Assembly: GCA_000965745.1 (NCBI GenBank)
Contig: CP009479.1
Coordinates: 1,376,001-1,440,000 of the forward strand
Direction of reading: 5' to 3'
DNA length: 64,000 nt
Source: an uncultured archaeon
Lineage (GTDB): Archaea; Thermoplasmatota; Thermoplasmata; Thermoplasmatales; Thermoplasmataceae
Made by a program: the position numbers and the translations under genes. The notes beneath the pieces were generated by a model that worked only from the letters and a program-made list of their open reading frames with translations, ran no database searches and was not told where the DNA came from. Each line of letters opens with the position of its first letter. Positions within the stretch are counted from its first letter, which is position 1. Shown here one piece after another: positions 49,887 through 60,458 of the stretch.

Positions 49887-51161
49887 TTACTTCCGGCTTG
49901 GCCCCTGTATGTCTGCTCCGCTGTTGATGGTATTGTATTCTTTTTCAATGACAGGGGAGAGTGCGTAGTACCCGAGAGCTGAGATCAGGGAAACTGCTGC
50001 TATTACGTACCAGCCAAGGAATGCGCGCGATATGAGCAGACCGAACAGAAGCGGCCCTATATACGAGGAAAGTGAAATGCCGGCTCTTGAGAAGGCAAAG
50101 TAAAACCCCTGGTACCTCCCCCTATTGTGCTCTCTTGAGAACAGTGTGGCTACTACCTGGGTGGGCACTGCCACCATTATTTCTCCCAGCGTTGTCAGAG
50201 TAATTGCTATCAGCAGCGGTATGAGCCCATCAGCCCTTCCTATGGCAACAAACCCTGCTGCCATGAGGACAGAGCCAAGAGCAATGGGAAACAACCTCAT
50301 TCTTCTCTCTATGCCCATGGCTCTGGAGATCGGGACCTGCAGAACTGTTATAAGAAGGCCGTTTGTCGTGAGGACTATTCCTATTTTCACGCTGGAAAGC
50401 GAAAGGAACTGGGACTCGAAAACGGATAGGGGAATAGCCTGGTACCCTATGGCAAGCCAGGAGATGAAAATGAGCACGAAGAACGGGAAAAGGCCCCGTT
50501 CAAGCCCAAGTGAGAATTTTCCCGGACGTTTGTCATCTTTGAATCTTAGGGCGTATTTCGGGTTAATTTTGATCTTCATCAGGGCCACTACTGCTGAAAC
50601 GAGGGTTACGACAGCCCCGAAAACAAAAATTGAACTGTATCCGTAGTAGGCTATGAGAAACCCTCCTGAAACCGGCCCTATAGTGAAACCCAAATTAACG
50701 CCTACGTAAAGAAGAGACATCCCGCTGGCCATCTGCCCTTTCTGCCTGTCCGATACATGGGAGGAAAGGGCAAGCTGCGAAAGGTTGTTGAACAAGCTGA
50801 GGACGGGGTACGAGATCATGTAAAGAAAAACGGGGCTGTCCTCCACCACAAAAAGTGCCAGCAGTGCATAAAATACAGTGGATACGGACAACCCAATAAC
50901 AGTCAGCGTCTTGGTTCCAAGAACATCTGACAGCCTCCCCCCGACTATCTGGCCTGCAATACCCAACACTCCTGAGGCAAGGTATATTATCCCTACCTGT
51001 GTCACCGGGACACCTTTTACCTGGAGAAGGAAAACAGCAATAAACGGGAAGCTTGTGCTGAACCCTGTATAGGCAAGCGTAACAGCAGTGAAAATGGTGT
51101 AGTTTTCCCTGGCAACATCATTCGGGTCTGCCAAAGGCTGGAGCTGTCCCTTAACGGTCAC
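49887..51161 (-). CDS. MFS transporter
   Basis: About 12 TM segments; GRLSDVLGTK motif A; RGRYQG. Confidence 0.92.
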   Translation of the reverse strand: MTVKGQLQPLADPNDVARENYTIFTAVTLAYTGFSTSFPFIAVFLLQVKGVPVTQVGIIYLASGVLGIAGQIVGGRLSDVLGTKTLTVIGLSVSTVFYALLALFVVEDSPVFLYMISYPVLSLFNNLSQLALSSHVSDRQKGQMASGMSLLYVGVNLGFTIGPVSGGFLIAYYGYSSIFVFGAVVTLVSAVVALMKIKINPKYALRFKDDKRPGKFSLGLERGLFPFFVLIFISWLAIGYQAIPLSVFESQFLSLSSVKIGIVLTTNGLLITVLQVPISRAMGIERRMRLFPIALGSVLMAAGFVAIGRADGLIPLLIAITLTTLGEIMVAVPTQVVATLFSREHNRGRYQGFYFAFSRAGISLSSYIGPLLFGLLISRAFLGWYVIAAVSLISALGYYALSPVIEKEYNTINSGADIQGPSRK

Positions 51162-51403
51162 AGGCCACTCCGAAAGAAGTACTCATTGTATAAACAGGCT
51201 GGAACACTGACATTAGCCATCTAACAATCTCAGAGGTATAATTCATCCCCGGTATGAACCTTTCTTGGAACAGGGTCGACTTTTCCCATCTCGAATATAT
51301 AACCGCTTGGCATGCGATATTTCCGTGAAACCTGACCAAAAATCTCGCCACAGCCTTACATGTACGTCATAACGGTTTAATTCAACCTTCAATTGAATTA
51401 ATT

Positions 51404-52162
51404 ATGGTGCTGGTTGAGGAAGAAACTCTTTCCGGAACACATACGAACTGCATAAGCGTAAACGACGTTACCAAATCCTACGGAAAGAACCCGGCACTCA
51501 GCGGATTGAGTTTTTCCATCCCATGCGGAGAGAAATATTCCCTGATTGGTCCAAATGGCGCAGGGAAATCCACGACTCTAAAGCTCCTTGTAGGGCTGCT
51601 TGTTCCTGACAGGGGGTCTGTATCTATTGACGGCATTGACCCTACAACAAAGAGGGCCAAGAAACTCATTGGATACCTTCCAGAAGACGCGTCCCCGTAC
51701 AATACTCTTTCAGTGAGGGAGAACCTGGAATACATTGGTGCGATAAGGGAAGTCCAGAATCTGAGGGAGCGGGTTGATCAGCTCATTTACGAAATGGGCC
51801 TTTCTGAATATGAAAAATCCAAGGTAAGCAAACTCTCAAGGGGGAACAGGCAGAAACTTGCAGTTGCACTGTCGGTGATCCATGAACCGGACATACTGCT
51901 TCTCGATGAACCGCTGAATTACCTCGATATTCCCACCCAGGAAAAGACGATCTCCATCTTTGACAGGCTTAATGCAACCGTTCTCGTATCAACGCACATA
52001 ATGTCAATTGCTGAAAGGCTTACTCACGGGGCAATTGTGATATCCAGGGGAAGAACAATCTGGGACGGCACTATGGAACAGCTTAAACAGCTTGGGGACC
52101 CGACGGAAGCCATTGAAAAAATTGTAATGAGGTTGATGACTGGTGCAGCCCCGACTCATTAG
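51404..52162 (+). CDS. ABC transporter ATP-binding protein
   Basis: GPNGAGKS, LSRG signature, LLLDEP. Confidence 0.95.
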   Translation: MVLVEEETLSGTHTNCISVNDVTKSYGKNPALSGLSFSIPCGEKYSLIGPNGAGKSTTLKLLVGLLVPDRGSVSIDGIDPTTKRAKKLIGYLPEDASPYNTLSVRENLEYIGAIREVQNLRERVDQLIYEMGLSEYEKSKVSKLSRGNRQKLAVALSVIHEPDILLLDEPLNYLDIPTQEKTISIFDRLNATVLVSTHIMSIAERLTHGAIVISRGRTIWDGTMEQLKQLGDPTEAIEKIVMRLMTGAAPTH

Positions 52163-53555
52163 GCTCCTGATAGCCTCCCGCTTTTCCAGGCCATTGATAG
52201 GGGTTATGATATTCGTTCTTGTTTACTCTGTTCTCATGGGCTTCTTTGTTCCGCCGGAAGCTGTGCAGATGGGGGAGTTCTGGACATATTATATCATAGG
52301 AATCACTGCGTTTTTCCTCATACTGATGACCATGATCGGTGGAATCGCGATAATGAAATCGGACCTCGATTATCTCTTCACTCTGCCCCTTAGCAGGAGG
52401 GAACTTGCAGTCAGCTTCTATATAACACAGTTCCTTGCGACAGGAATATCATACGTTCTGCTTTTTGGGTACGTTTTCATCTTCATCCAGGGAACCTCTG
52501 CTGAAAAATTGATGCTGGCAGGCGACATGGTTCTGATCGGGCTTTTGCAGACAGCTTTGAGCATAGTTTCATTCAGGCTCGAAACGAGACAGAAGGCACT
52601 TCTTGCCGGAGCTATGGGAGTATATGCTCTTCTGCCACTTGCCGGTTTTAGCTACTCGTTCACTTCGATTTTTACTGGGCACATACTGGAGGGAACAATA
52701 GTAATCGTGATCCTGAATGTTATTTTCAATTACCTCGCGCTGACCCAGCTGAGCACCATCGAACTTGGCTTTACAAAAATCACATCAATAAGGTCATCCG
52801 CAGAATACAAAACCACTGAGAAATTCGTAGGGCTTTCCCAGAGGGCGGCAATTGTAAGAAGGTACCTTTCAGAAATCAGTTTTACCGGAAGGTTCAACCT
52901 GGGAGGAAGCGTCAGCGTTAGAGTATCCCGAATCAGGCTCAGGACACTTCTCATTCCGGTAGCTGCAATTGCAGTTGTTTACGGATACTTTGCACTCATT
53001 TTTAATCCTGCTGACGGTTCTCCCGGAGTGGCAGTAGTCCTTTCCATGATGTACCTCGGGATATTCATTCCAATGTTCTTCCCCGAAGTATTCTCGCATG
53101 AGAGGGCATGGCTTGCGTTTTCTTCAATGACTGCTAAAAACTACTGGACTTACATTGTTTATGCAAAGGTGATACAGACATTCGCCATGATGCTGCCATT
53201 CATAGGGGTGAATATTGTTCTCGCTATCATTGGAGTATCGGGTGCAGTAAATGCAATAATATATCTTGGTATGGTGCTGCCAACTTCCCCGTTGATATCA
53301 CTTTACTTCTCAGGCAAATACTCCCCGGCCCAGGTGATTGACATGGAGACCCTTCCTGCCGAGTTCAGCCTCAGGCAACTCGCAACCCTGGTTCCGGTCA
53401 TATTTTTCACTGCAGCGGCAATCGTCTCGATGTTTTCCATCATCCTTGCATTGGTGTGTGGTGCATTCTTTATCACGATTGCTCTTGCAATTCTAATGGG
53501 GAACAAGAGATGGAACAGAATAGTTTACAGGCTTACAGAGAAAGGATTCGTTTAG
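52143..53555 (+). CDS. ABC exporter permease
   Basis: About 12 TM segments; overlaps the ATPase gene; D.DYLFTLP. Confidence 0.8.
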   Translation: MQPRLIRLLIASRFSRPLIGVMIFVLVYSVLMGFFVPPEAVQMGEFWTYYIIGITAFFLILMTMIGGIAIMKSDLDYLFTLPLSRRELAVSFYITQFLATGISYVLLFGYVFIFIQGTSAEKLMLAGDMVLIGLLQTALSIVSFRLETRQKALLAGAMGVYALLPLAGFSYSFTSIFTGHILEGTIVIVILNVIFNYLALTQLSTIELGFTKITSIRSSAEYKTTEKFVGLSQRAAIVRRYLSEISFTGRFNLGGSVSVRVSRIRLRTLLIPVAAIAVVYGYFALIFNPADGSPGVAVVLSMMYLGIFIPMFFPEVFSHERAWLAFSSMTAKNYWTYIVYAKVIQTFAMMLPFIGVNIVLAIIGVSGAVNAIIYLGMVLPTSPLISLYFSGKYSPAQVIDMETLPAEFSLRQLATLVPVIFFTAAAIVSMFSIILALVCGAFFITIALAILMGNKRWNRIVYRLTEKGFV

Positions 53556-53620
53556 ATGGAAGAAAAAAGTAAAGAGATGGTTACAAAAAGCTGAAACATC
53601 ATCAGGTATAAAATGGAAGT

Positions 53621-55570
53621 TCAGTTTGACGCTTCCCGCCTGAACCCCTCAATGGCATCTTTTATTTCTTCTACCGATGCAGAATTTTCCAAGGTGCTGA
53701 TATCGCCCGGCACTTCGTTAAGGGCCACAGCTTTGACAACACGCCTCATTATCTTTCCGCTTCTGGTCTTGGGAAGCCCCTTCACCACATGTATTTCTTC
53801 CGGAACATATATTGGGCCAAGATCCGCCCTTATTTTCTTCCTGAGTTTTCCTACAATCTCCCCATCCTGTTCGTACTGGTCCTTTACGACAATGAAAGCT
53901 ACGATAACCTCTCCCTTGACCTTGTCCGGCCTGCCGAACACTGCTGCCTCGGCAACCTCATGGGATGCTATGAGTGCGTCCTCGATCTCTATGGTCCCTA
54001 GTCTGTGGCCGGATATGTTCAGTACTTCGTCAGCCCTGCCTAGCAGCCAGAAGTATCCGTCATTATCCTTTATTGCATAGTCTCCGCAGTAATACATTCC
54101 ATTGAACTTCTCGAAATAAGTCCTCTTGAACCTTTCAGGATCGTTATTGAGGGTCATGAACATCCCGGGCCACGGCCTCTTATACGCAATAAACCCTTTT
54201 TCTCCCGGTGCCACCTCAATCCCATTCTCATCCAGTATTACCGGGTCCACTCCGGGCATTGGAAAAGTGCCCGATCCAGGCTTCAGAGGAGGGAGCCCCA
54301 GGCCAAGTGGCGGTGCAATCATGAAGCCTCCCGTTTCAGTCTGCCAGTAAGTATCAATGATAGGGCTGTTGGATTTTCCTATAATGTCATAATACCACTT
54401 CCATGCTGCTGGATTTATCGGCTCCCCAACCGTCCCCAGAACTCTGAGGGAACTCAGGTCATGCATTTCGGGGTATTTCTCGCCGTATCTCATCAGCGTC
54501 CTGATTGCCGTGGGTGAGGTGTAGAGCAGATTCACCCTGTACCTCTCTATGAGCTCCCACATTCTGTCGGGACCCGGGTAAGTTATGGCCCCTTCGTACA
54601 TTATCGAAGTGAGGCCAAGGAAAAGTGGGGCAAACACAATGTAGCTATGGCCGGTAACCCAGCCTATGTCTGCCGCACACCACCACCTGTCATCCTCCTG
54701 GGGGTTGAACGCCCATTTCATGGTGTTTGCCACCCAAACAGAATAGCCGCCATTTCCATGGACGGCGCCTTTGGGCTTTCCAGTTGTTCCTGAGGTATAA
54801 AGGATGTAAAGGGGATCATTGGCGTCCATCCACTCCGGCTCAACATAAATCTGTTTTCTGCTTACGATATCGTGCCACCAAATGTCTCTCCCCTCCTGCA
54901 TCTGGATGTCGTTTCTCCCCCTCCTGACGACAACAACGGACTCCACTGATGACACCTGGACAAGTGCCTCATCCACAATGTCCTTAAGCTTGACCATTTT
55001 TCCTCCACGTTGGAATCCGTCAGCAGTAATGACCAGCTTTGCCTTTGAATCATTCATTCTCTCTGCAAGTGCTCCGGCACCAAATCCAGCAAAGACAAAA
55101 GAGAATACGGCCCCAATCCTGGCCGCGGCAAGCATGGCTACGGGAGCTTCCAGGATCATCGGGAGATAGATTATGATCCGATCACCTTTCTTTATGCCAA
55201 GGTCTTTTAAGGACTTGGCAAAATTATTTACACGGAGATAAAGGCCATCGTATGTTACAATTTTCTCCTCGTCGTTTTCACTTATCCAGATAAAAGCCGC
55301 TTTGTTCCTCCTGTTTCTATTAACATGCCTGTCAAGGGCATTGTACGAGGCGTTAATCTTGCCGTTTGGAAACCACTTGTAGAACGGGGCTTCAGATTCG
55401 TCAAGGACCTTGTCCCATTTCTGAAACCAGTCAAGGACTTGAGCTTGTTTCTCCCAGAATGCATCTGGTTTTTCCAATGACTCATTGTAAACCTGCTTGT
55501 AGGTTTCAATACCGGGATGAAAAACCTCGCTCATAGGAAGAACGTTACTCTGTGTTTTGCTTTTGGCCAT
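53621..55570 (-). CDS. acs: Acetyl-CoA synthetase (AMP-forming)
   Basis: YTSGTTGKPKG, DTYWQTETG, LPKTRSGKIMRR. Confidence 0.95.
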   Translation of the reverse strand: MAKSKTQSNVLPMSEVFHPGIETYKQVYNESLEKPDAFWEKQAQVLDWFQKWDKVLDESEAPFYKWFPNGKINASYNALDRHVNRNRRNKAAFIWISENDEEKIVTYDGLYLRVNNFAKSLKDLGIKKGDRIIIYLPMILEAPVAMLAAARIGAVFSFVFAGFGAGALAERMNDSKAKLVITADGFQRGGKMVKLKDIVDEALVQVSSVESVVVVRRGRNDIQMQEGRDIWWHDIVSRKQIYVEPEWMDANDPLYILYTSGTTGKPKGAVHGNGGYSVWVANTMKWAFNPQEDDRWWCAADIGWVTGHSYIVFAPLFLGLTSIMYEGAITYPGPDRMWELIERYRVNLLYTSPTAIRTLMRYGEKYPEMHDLSSLRVLGTVGEPINPAAWKWYYDIIGKSNSPIIDTYWQTETGGFMIAPPLGLGLPPLKPGSGTFPMPGVDPVILDENGIEVAPGEKGFIAYKRPWPGMFMTLNNDPERFKRTYFEKFNGMYYCGDYAIKDNDGYFWLLGRADEVLNISGHRLGTIEIEDALIASHEVAEAAVFGRPDKVKGEVIVAFIVVKDQYEQDGEIVGKLRKKIRADLGPIYVPEEIHVVKGLPKTRSGKIMRRVVKAVALNEVPGDISTLENSASVEEIKDAIEGFRREASN

Positions 55571-55740
55571 ACAGGAAACAAAGGAATTGTTGTAGATTAA
55601 TCTTATGAATTACTTAATATTTAAAGCGATACATTAAATTACTACGATCCACAATATGTAAAAATCTTAAGGAACACGCTAAATGAATTGCGCATGCTTA
55701 ACCTCTGACACCCATATTCCGCATGGGAGTTCTGGATAGA

Positions 55741-55813
55741 CGCCCCGGCCGGGATTTGGACCCGGGTCACGGGCTCGACAGGCCCGTATGATAGGCCGCT
55801 ACACTACCGGGGC
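55741..55813 (-). tRNA. tRNA-Asp(GTC), intronless, CCA not encoded
   Basis: Cloverleaf GCCCCGG..CGGGC-CTGTCGA-GCCCG..CCGGG-TCCAAAT-CCCGG-CCGGGGC-G; TATA-like box about 25 nt upstream. Confidence 0.95.
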
Positions 55814-55971
55814 TGATAGGTAAATAGGAAGGATTTATTTATAGGTTAGCTGATTCAGAATAGAATTAGACGAATGCTGTGCAGAAAAGAGGCATGTATT
55901 TAGACAACTTTAAATACGTATAAGTTTGCTTAAATAATATGGAAGCATTCTCAAACATAAACCCCTGACGA

Positions 55972-57255
55972 GTGATAATGATGCTTGACGGAATGATTAG
56001 GCTTGTGGCTTGGACGCAGAACGACTCCTACAAATCACTCGAAGAAGTGCTCTCCATACCCGAAGAAAAGTGGAAAGAGAAACTTCAGGAGTACGGAGTC
56101 ACGAATTATGTTCTGATATCAACGTGCAACAGGTTTGAAATATATTATAGTTCACCAGCTGATTTGAATGGGATTTTTAAGGAAGAAAGCGCGTTGAAAA
56201 TGTCAGGGTCGCAGGCACTTGAACATCTTTTCAGGGTTACTGCCGGCCTCGAATCCATGTCTGTTGGAGAACATGAGATTCTCCACCAGGTCAAAGAGGC
56301 TTTTGACAAAGCTACTTCCGAAAAACACGCACACGATCCACTGGCATTCATATTCAGAAGGGCCCTAAGCTCAGGAAAACTAGTCAGGAAAGATACAGAC
56401 ATTTCAAAGGGAAAGGTCTCAATTCCGGCTCTTTCAATGGATATTCTCCAAAAGAAGTTTGGCGTTTCGGGCAGAAGGGTCGCTGTTGTGGGCACAGGAA
56501 AGATGGCCTCAGACATCCTCAAGTATATACAGAAGCTGGGTCCAAAACAAATAATCGTTCTTGGAAGATCAGACGACAAAACAGCCGCTTTTGCAAAGGC
56601 ATTCAAGGTCAGGTGGAAAAACATATCCTCCATCGGGAACGTTATCAATGAAAACGATGTGGTTGTAACCGCGACCTCGTCCAAGGACTTGCTTGTCAAA
56701 AGGGGAATGATTTCCGGGAAAGAACAGAGGAAGGTATTCCTTGACATATCAAATCCAAGAAATGTTGAAGCCCCGGAGGAAAGTGATTTTTACGACCTCA
56801 TTGATCTAGCATCGCTTAAGCCGATACTGGAGCGCAACAGATCAAATAAGGTGAAGGAGATAAGTCACGCAAAAGAGATCGTAGACTTACAGACTGAGTC
56901 GATTATATCGAAGCTTTCCAAACTCGAAATGGAGAATTTGATCGCAAGCCTTTACAAACGTGCCGAAGAATTGAAGGAGCACGAAATTTCAAAACTGAAG
57001 AGGGCACTTGCCTCCGGAGTTGATTTTGAGGATGCGCTAGAAGCCATGTCCTCCGCACTGGTAAAGAAACTGCTGGCATCTCAGACTGAGGTTTTAAGAA
57101 ACGTGCATGGCACAAGGGTAACTGGAGATATAAGAGAAGCCATAGAAGGTGCCTATTTTGGTAAACCCACTAAAACTTCCTCGAAGAAATCTCGAGGTCG
57201 CCGAGATAACCAAAATCAACAAGACCAAACTCCTCAGTTATCCCGAACACCCTGA
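55972..57255 (+). CDS. hemA: Glutamyl-tRNA reductase
   Basis: STCNRFE, GLESM.VGE.EIL.Q, GTGKM, DISNPRNV. Confidence 0.95.
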   Translation: MIMMLDGMIRLVAWTQNDSYKSLEEVLSIPEEKWKEKLQEYGVTNYVLISTCNRFEIYYSSPADLNGIFKEESALKMSGSQALEHLFRVTAGLESMSVGEHEILHQVKEAFDKATSEKHAHDPLAFIFRRALSSGKLVRKDTDISKGKVSIPALSMDILQKKFGVSGRRVAVVGTGKMASDILKYIQKLGPKQIIVLGRSDDKTAAFAKAFKVRWKNISSIGNVINENDVVVTATSSKDLLVKRGMISGKEQRKVFLDISNPRNVEAPEESDFYDLIDLASLKPILERNRSNKVKEISHAKEIVDLQTESIISKLSKLEMENLIASLYKRAEELKEHEISKLKRALASGVDFEDALEAMSSALVKKLLASQTEVLRNVHGTRVTGDIREAIEGAYFGKPTKTSSKKSRGRRDNQNQQDQTPQLSRTP

Positions 57256-57910
57256 ATTTCTTGGCATCGGTGTGCTTTAGTACAGGCGTGAAGTGCTCTT
57301 CGCTGAGCAAGGATTCTGTTACGTCAGTTCCCGATGAGAAAAAGCTCATTGCAGGGGTGATTAGAACATTGGAATTTTCATTGTAGATGAAGGCAGGTAC
57401 CTTGAAGATCCCTCCTATCCGGTCTCTCAAAACAAAGGACGGGTGCTCGTGGCCGATTATTGTCAACTTCTTCAGTGACCTGTCCTTATCCCCATGGTAG
57501 ATGTAATACCGGTCCGTTTCATAGGTCTCGTACAGATCTATGTCCCTGTTCTTCAGAATGGTCATCAGGTAGTTGTCATGGTTTCCCCTTACGAAGATCA
57601 GTTTCACCTGCTTCCTGTAGCGGTCAATGAAGTGTTTTATGTCGGTCCATTCCTGAGGAAGATTCTTTGAAAACTCATGCTTGAAATCGCCGTTTATTAT
57701 CAGTTTGTCAATCTTGTACCGATCAACTATCCTGTCCACCATCGACTCAACATGGTCCCTTTGCAACTTTGGCAAAAAAAGTCCATGGAGGTTCATCTCC
57801 TCCTCAAAGCCCAGATGCAGGTCAGAAATAACAGCTGCATTCTCATCCCTGAGGTATACGCAATGTAGGTCTGAAATGAATACGTCCCTGGCAACCTGAA
57901 TGTCCTGCAA
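57170..57910 (-). CDS. Calcineurin-like metallophosphoesterase
   Basis: DLHLG, GD, RGNHD, HGD, GHEHP. Confidence 0.92.
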   Translation of the reverse strand: MQDIQVARDVFISDLHCVYLRDENAAVISDLHLGFEEEMNLHGLFLPKLQRDHVESMVDRIVDRYKIDKLIINGDFKHEFSKNLPQEWTDIKHFIDRYRKQVKLIFVRGNHDNYLMTILKNRDIDLYETYETDRYYIYHGDKDRSLKKLTIIGHEHPSFVLRDRIGGIFKVPAFIYNENSNVLITPAMSFFSSGTDVTESLLSEEHFTPVLKHTDAKKFRVFGITEEFGLVDFGYLGDLEISSRKF

Positions 57911-57993
57911 TTCCCCTGGTCATTCCAGTATAAAGCTTAACCTTTTTCAGATCGAAAAGGCAATCTCAAAATACAGATTTCGTATGGTCGATC

Positions 57994-58812
57994 ATGATCC
58001 AAATTTCAAGCTCATCAGGAAAGGCTGCTCTCGAAGAAAAAGGTGCATATCTTAGATCACTTGCTCTAGGAGGGCAGGACATCATTAAAGGGTCCGCCGA
58101 TGGAAAACCCACTCACGGGGGGTCAGCGGTCCTCATCCCTTACGCTGGAAGGGTGAAGAACGCAACTTACACTTTCGAAGGAAAGAAATACGACCTTCCT
58201 GAAAATAACGGAGAACACAGCATACATGGATACCTCAAGGACGTATTGTGGAGCGTGAAGGAGAAGAGCGAGGACAGCGTCACCTTTTCATCAGACTTCT
58301 CTGATACAGGCTATCCATCTTCAATACACACAGAGATTGAATACAGGATTGGTGGCCAGGATCTAACTGTGATCACTTCTGTTAGGAACTCAGGCACTGA
58401 AGATATTCCATTGCTCATAGGCTTTCACCCATATTTCATCACAGGAGTTGCATGGGCGCTGTCGCATACGGAACCATTGCGCAAACTGAACTTTGAGGAG
58501 GGATTCTTTCCCGACGGAACATATGAAGACATTGATTTCAACAGAATGAAAAATCCTCAGGATATGAGCTTTGACAACTCTTATGTAGGGGGTGGTGAGA
58601 TAACACTCTCAAGAAAAGGGGGAAGTATAGTCATAAGGAGGACAAACATGCCATATCTTGTAATTTACAATGGCACTTATTCCGAGGGGAAGTCAGTTGC
58701 CATTGAACCTATGACCGGTGCACCCGATGCTTTCAATAATGGCATCGGCCTTATCACGGTTGAGCCCGGGAAATCCTTCAACTGCACTTTCAGTGTGGAA
58801 TTCAAGTTATGA
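57994..58812 (+). CDS. Aldose 1-epimerase family protein
   Basis: PYAGRV, IHG, GFHPYF, FDN, AIEPMT. Confidence 0.92.
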   Translation: MIQISSSSGKAALEEKGAYLRSLALGGQDIIKGSADGKPTHGGSAVLIPYAGRVKNATYTFEGKKYDLPENNGEHSIHGYLKDVLWSVKEKSEDSVTFSSDFSDTGYPSSIHTEIEYRIGGQDLTVITSVRNSGTEDIPLLIGFHPYFITGVAWALSHTEPLRKLNFEEGFFPDGTYEDIDFNRMKNPQDMSFDNSYVGGGEITLSRKGGSIVIRRTNMPYLVIYNGTYSEGKSVAIEPMTGAPDAFNNGIGLITVEPGKSFNCTFSVEFKL

Positions 58813-58852
58813 GGCCGCAAAAAAATTAATCGCTAAACCTGTTTAGCTATCC

Positions 58853-59980
58853 ATGAAGATTGTAAGGGCATCAACACTTTACAACGGTGAGTCTCTGCTT
58901 AAGGATGTTTATGTGGGGTTTGACGAAACCATCGAGTACGTTGGCAAGGAGAAACCTGAAGGGGAAATGATCGGCGAAGGTGTTGTCACCCCTGCTTTTG
59001 TGGACGGGCACAGCCATATAGGAATGGCCAGGGCAGGAGAACCGAGTGGCGAGGATGAGTCAAACGAACAGATGGATTCGCTATTTCCCCTGGTCAATGC
59101 ACTTCATTCCATATACATGGATGACAGTGCCTTTGCAGAATCAGTGGAGTCCGGGGTGCTCTATTCAACAATTCTTCCCGGGAGCGGTAACCCCATCGGG
59201 GGAAGAGCGGTCCTGGTGAGGAATTTCGGCAGAAACATCCGCGAATCCTATATCAAAGACATAGGGGTCAAGGCGGCACTCGGCTACAACCCAAGAAGCA
59301 CAACTGAATGGAAAGGCAGGCGGCCTACAACGAGAATGGGTGCGGTTGCACTTCTTCGAGAGGGGTTTACAAAAGCGCAGAAAGCGATGGCACTTGTAAA
59401 ACTCGGTAAGAAACTTCCCGAAGAGATTGAGCCAGTGGATGAAGTATTTATGGACATTCTCAGTGGAAAACTGAAAATGATGGTTCACCTTCACAGGGAG
59501 GATGACGCTTTCGTCCTTCTCGACCTGATCAGGGAGTTCAAGATAAGGGCAGTTCTCAACCATGGGATGGACATCTACAGGGAAGAGACATTCACCTTCC
59601 TTAAGGAGAATGGGGTGGATCTTATATATGGCCCGCTCGACTCACACCCGTACAAAGTGGAACTCAAACATGAAACCTGGAGGAATACGGAGAAGGTCCT
59701 GAAGTCCGGAATTAACTTCGGTCTTATGAGCGACCACCCCGTTATCCTTCAGAGAAACATGTTCTACACCTTGAGGCACTTCATGAGGTTTGGACTCACC
59801 CGTGAGAATGCAATATCAAAAGTCACATCGGAAACTGCGAGAATTATAGGTGCAGACGGCATAGGCTCAGTGAAGAACGGATTCAAGGCTTCGCTGGTGC
59901 TATGGAACGGCGATCCCTTCTCCCTAGACGGGCACCCTTCCCTGGTGGTGGGTGAGGGAAATGTGGTGTATGAAGATTGA
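58853..59980 (+). CDS. Amidohydrolase family protein
   Basis: PAFVDGHSH, HLH, NHG, SDHP. Confidence 0.9.
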   Translation: MKIVRASTLYNGESLLKDVYVGFDETIEYVGKEKPEGEMIGEGVVTPAFVDGHSHIGMARAGEPSGEDESNEQMDSLFPLVNALHSIYMDDSAFAESVESGVLYSTILPGSGNPIGGRAVLVRNFGRNIRESYIKDIGVKAALGYNPRSTTEWKGRRPTTRMGAVALLREGFTKAQKAMALVKLGKKLPEEIEPVDEVFMDILSGKLKMMVHLHREDDAFVLLDLIREFKIRAVLNHGMDIYREETFTFLKENGVDLIYGPLDSHPYKVELKHETWRNTEKVLKSGINFGLMSDHPVILQRNMFYTLRHFMRFGLTRENAISKVTSETARIIGADGIGSVKNGFKASLVLWNGDPFSLDGHPSLVVGEGNVVYED

Positions 59981-60060
59981 TGTCTTTTGACCACTCCAAT
60001 CTAAAATAGCTATATCTATTCAGACGTAACCATTAAAAGAGCAACTATCATTACTGATCT

Positions 60061-60336
60061 ATGCCCAAAGATGACAGGGTATGCACAGAAGTACTGAATG
60101 AAATTATCAGCAGGTACAGCAGAATAGCCTTCGAGAAAGGAGGCGAAGAGAAGGAAGAAGCCACCCTAGGAGTCGTGGAGCAGAAAAACGGGACTGAAGA
60201 AGAATTCTGGGCATGGTTTTGCAAAGAGATGAAAAACAAAAGCTTCAGGGACTGTTTTGAAAAGAGTGAAAGGGAAGACTTTTACGGCTCTCTTTCCGCT
60301 GTCAGGAAAGAATACGATTCAAGGTGCAAGGATTAG
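60061..60336 (+). CDS. Small hypothetical protein with four Cys
   Basis: 91-aa ORF with an upstream TATA-like tract. Confidence 0.6.
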   Translation: MPKDDRVCTEVLNEIISRYSRIAFEKGGEEKEEATLGVVEQKNGTEEEFWAWFCKEMKNKSFRDCFEKSEREDFYGSLSAVRKEYDSRCKD

Positions 60337-60458
60337 CCTTCTGGCCGAATAACAGAAAACACAACTGGTTTCCTTCTCTCTTCATAGCTTCATCTTGCCT
60401 TGGCGCAGGGAACCACTACCGTTTAATACGAAGATTTTATGTTTAAAGCTAGAGACTG

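Noticed and set aside
51180-51290. TPP or fluoride riboswitch upstream of the MFS gene (minus-strand GGGGATGA..CTGAGA..GCTAATG)
   Set aside because: Only fragments match; the TPP 3' half and the fluoride pseudoknot partner are missing
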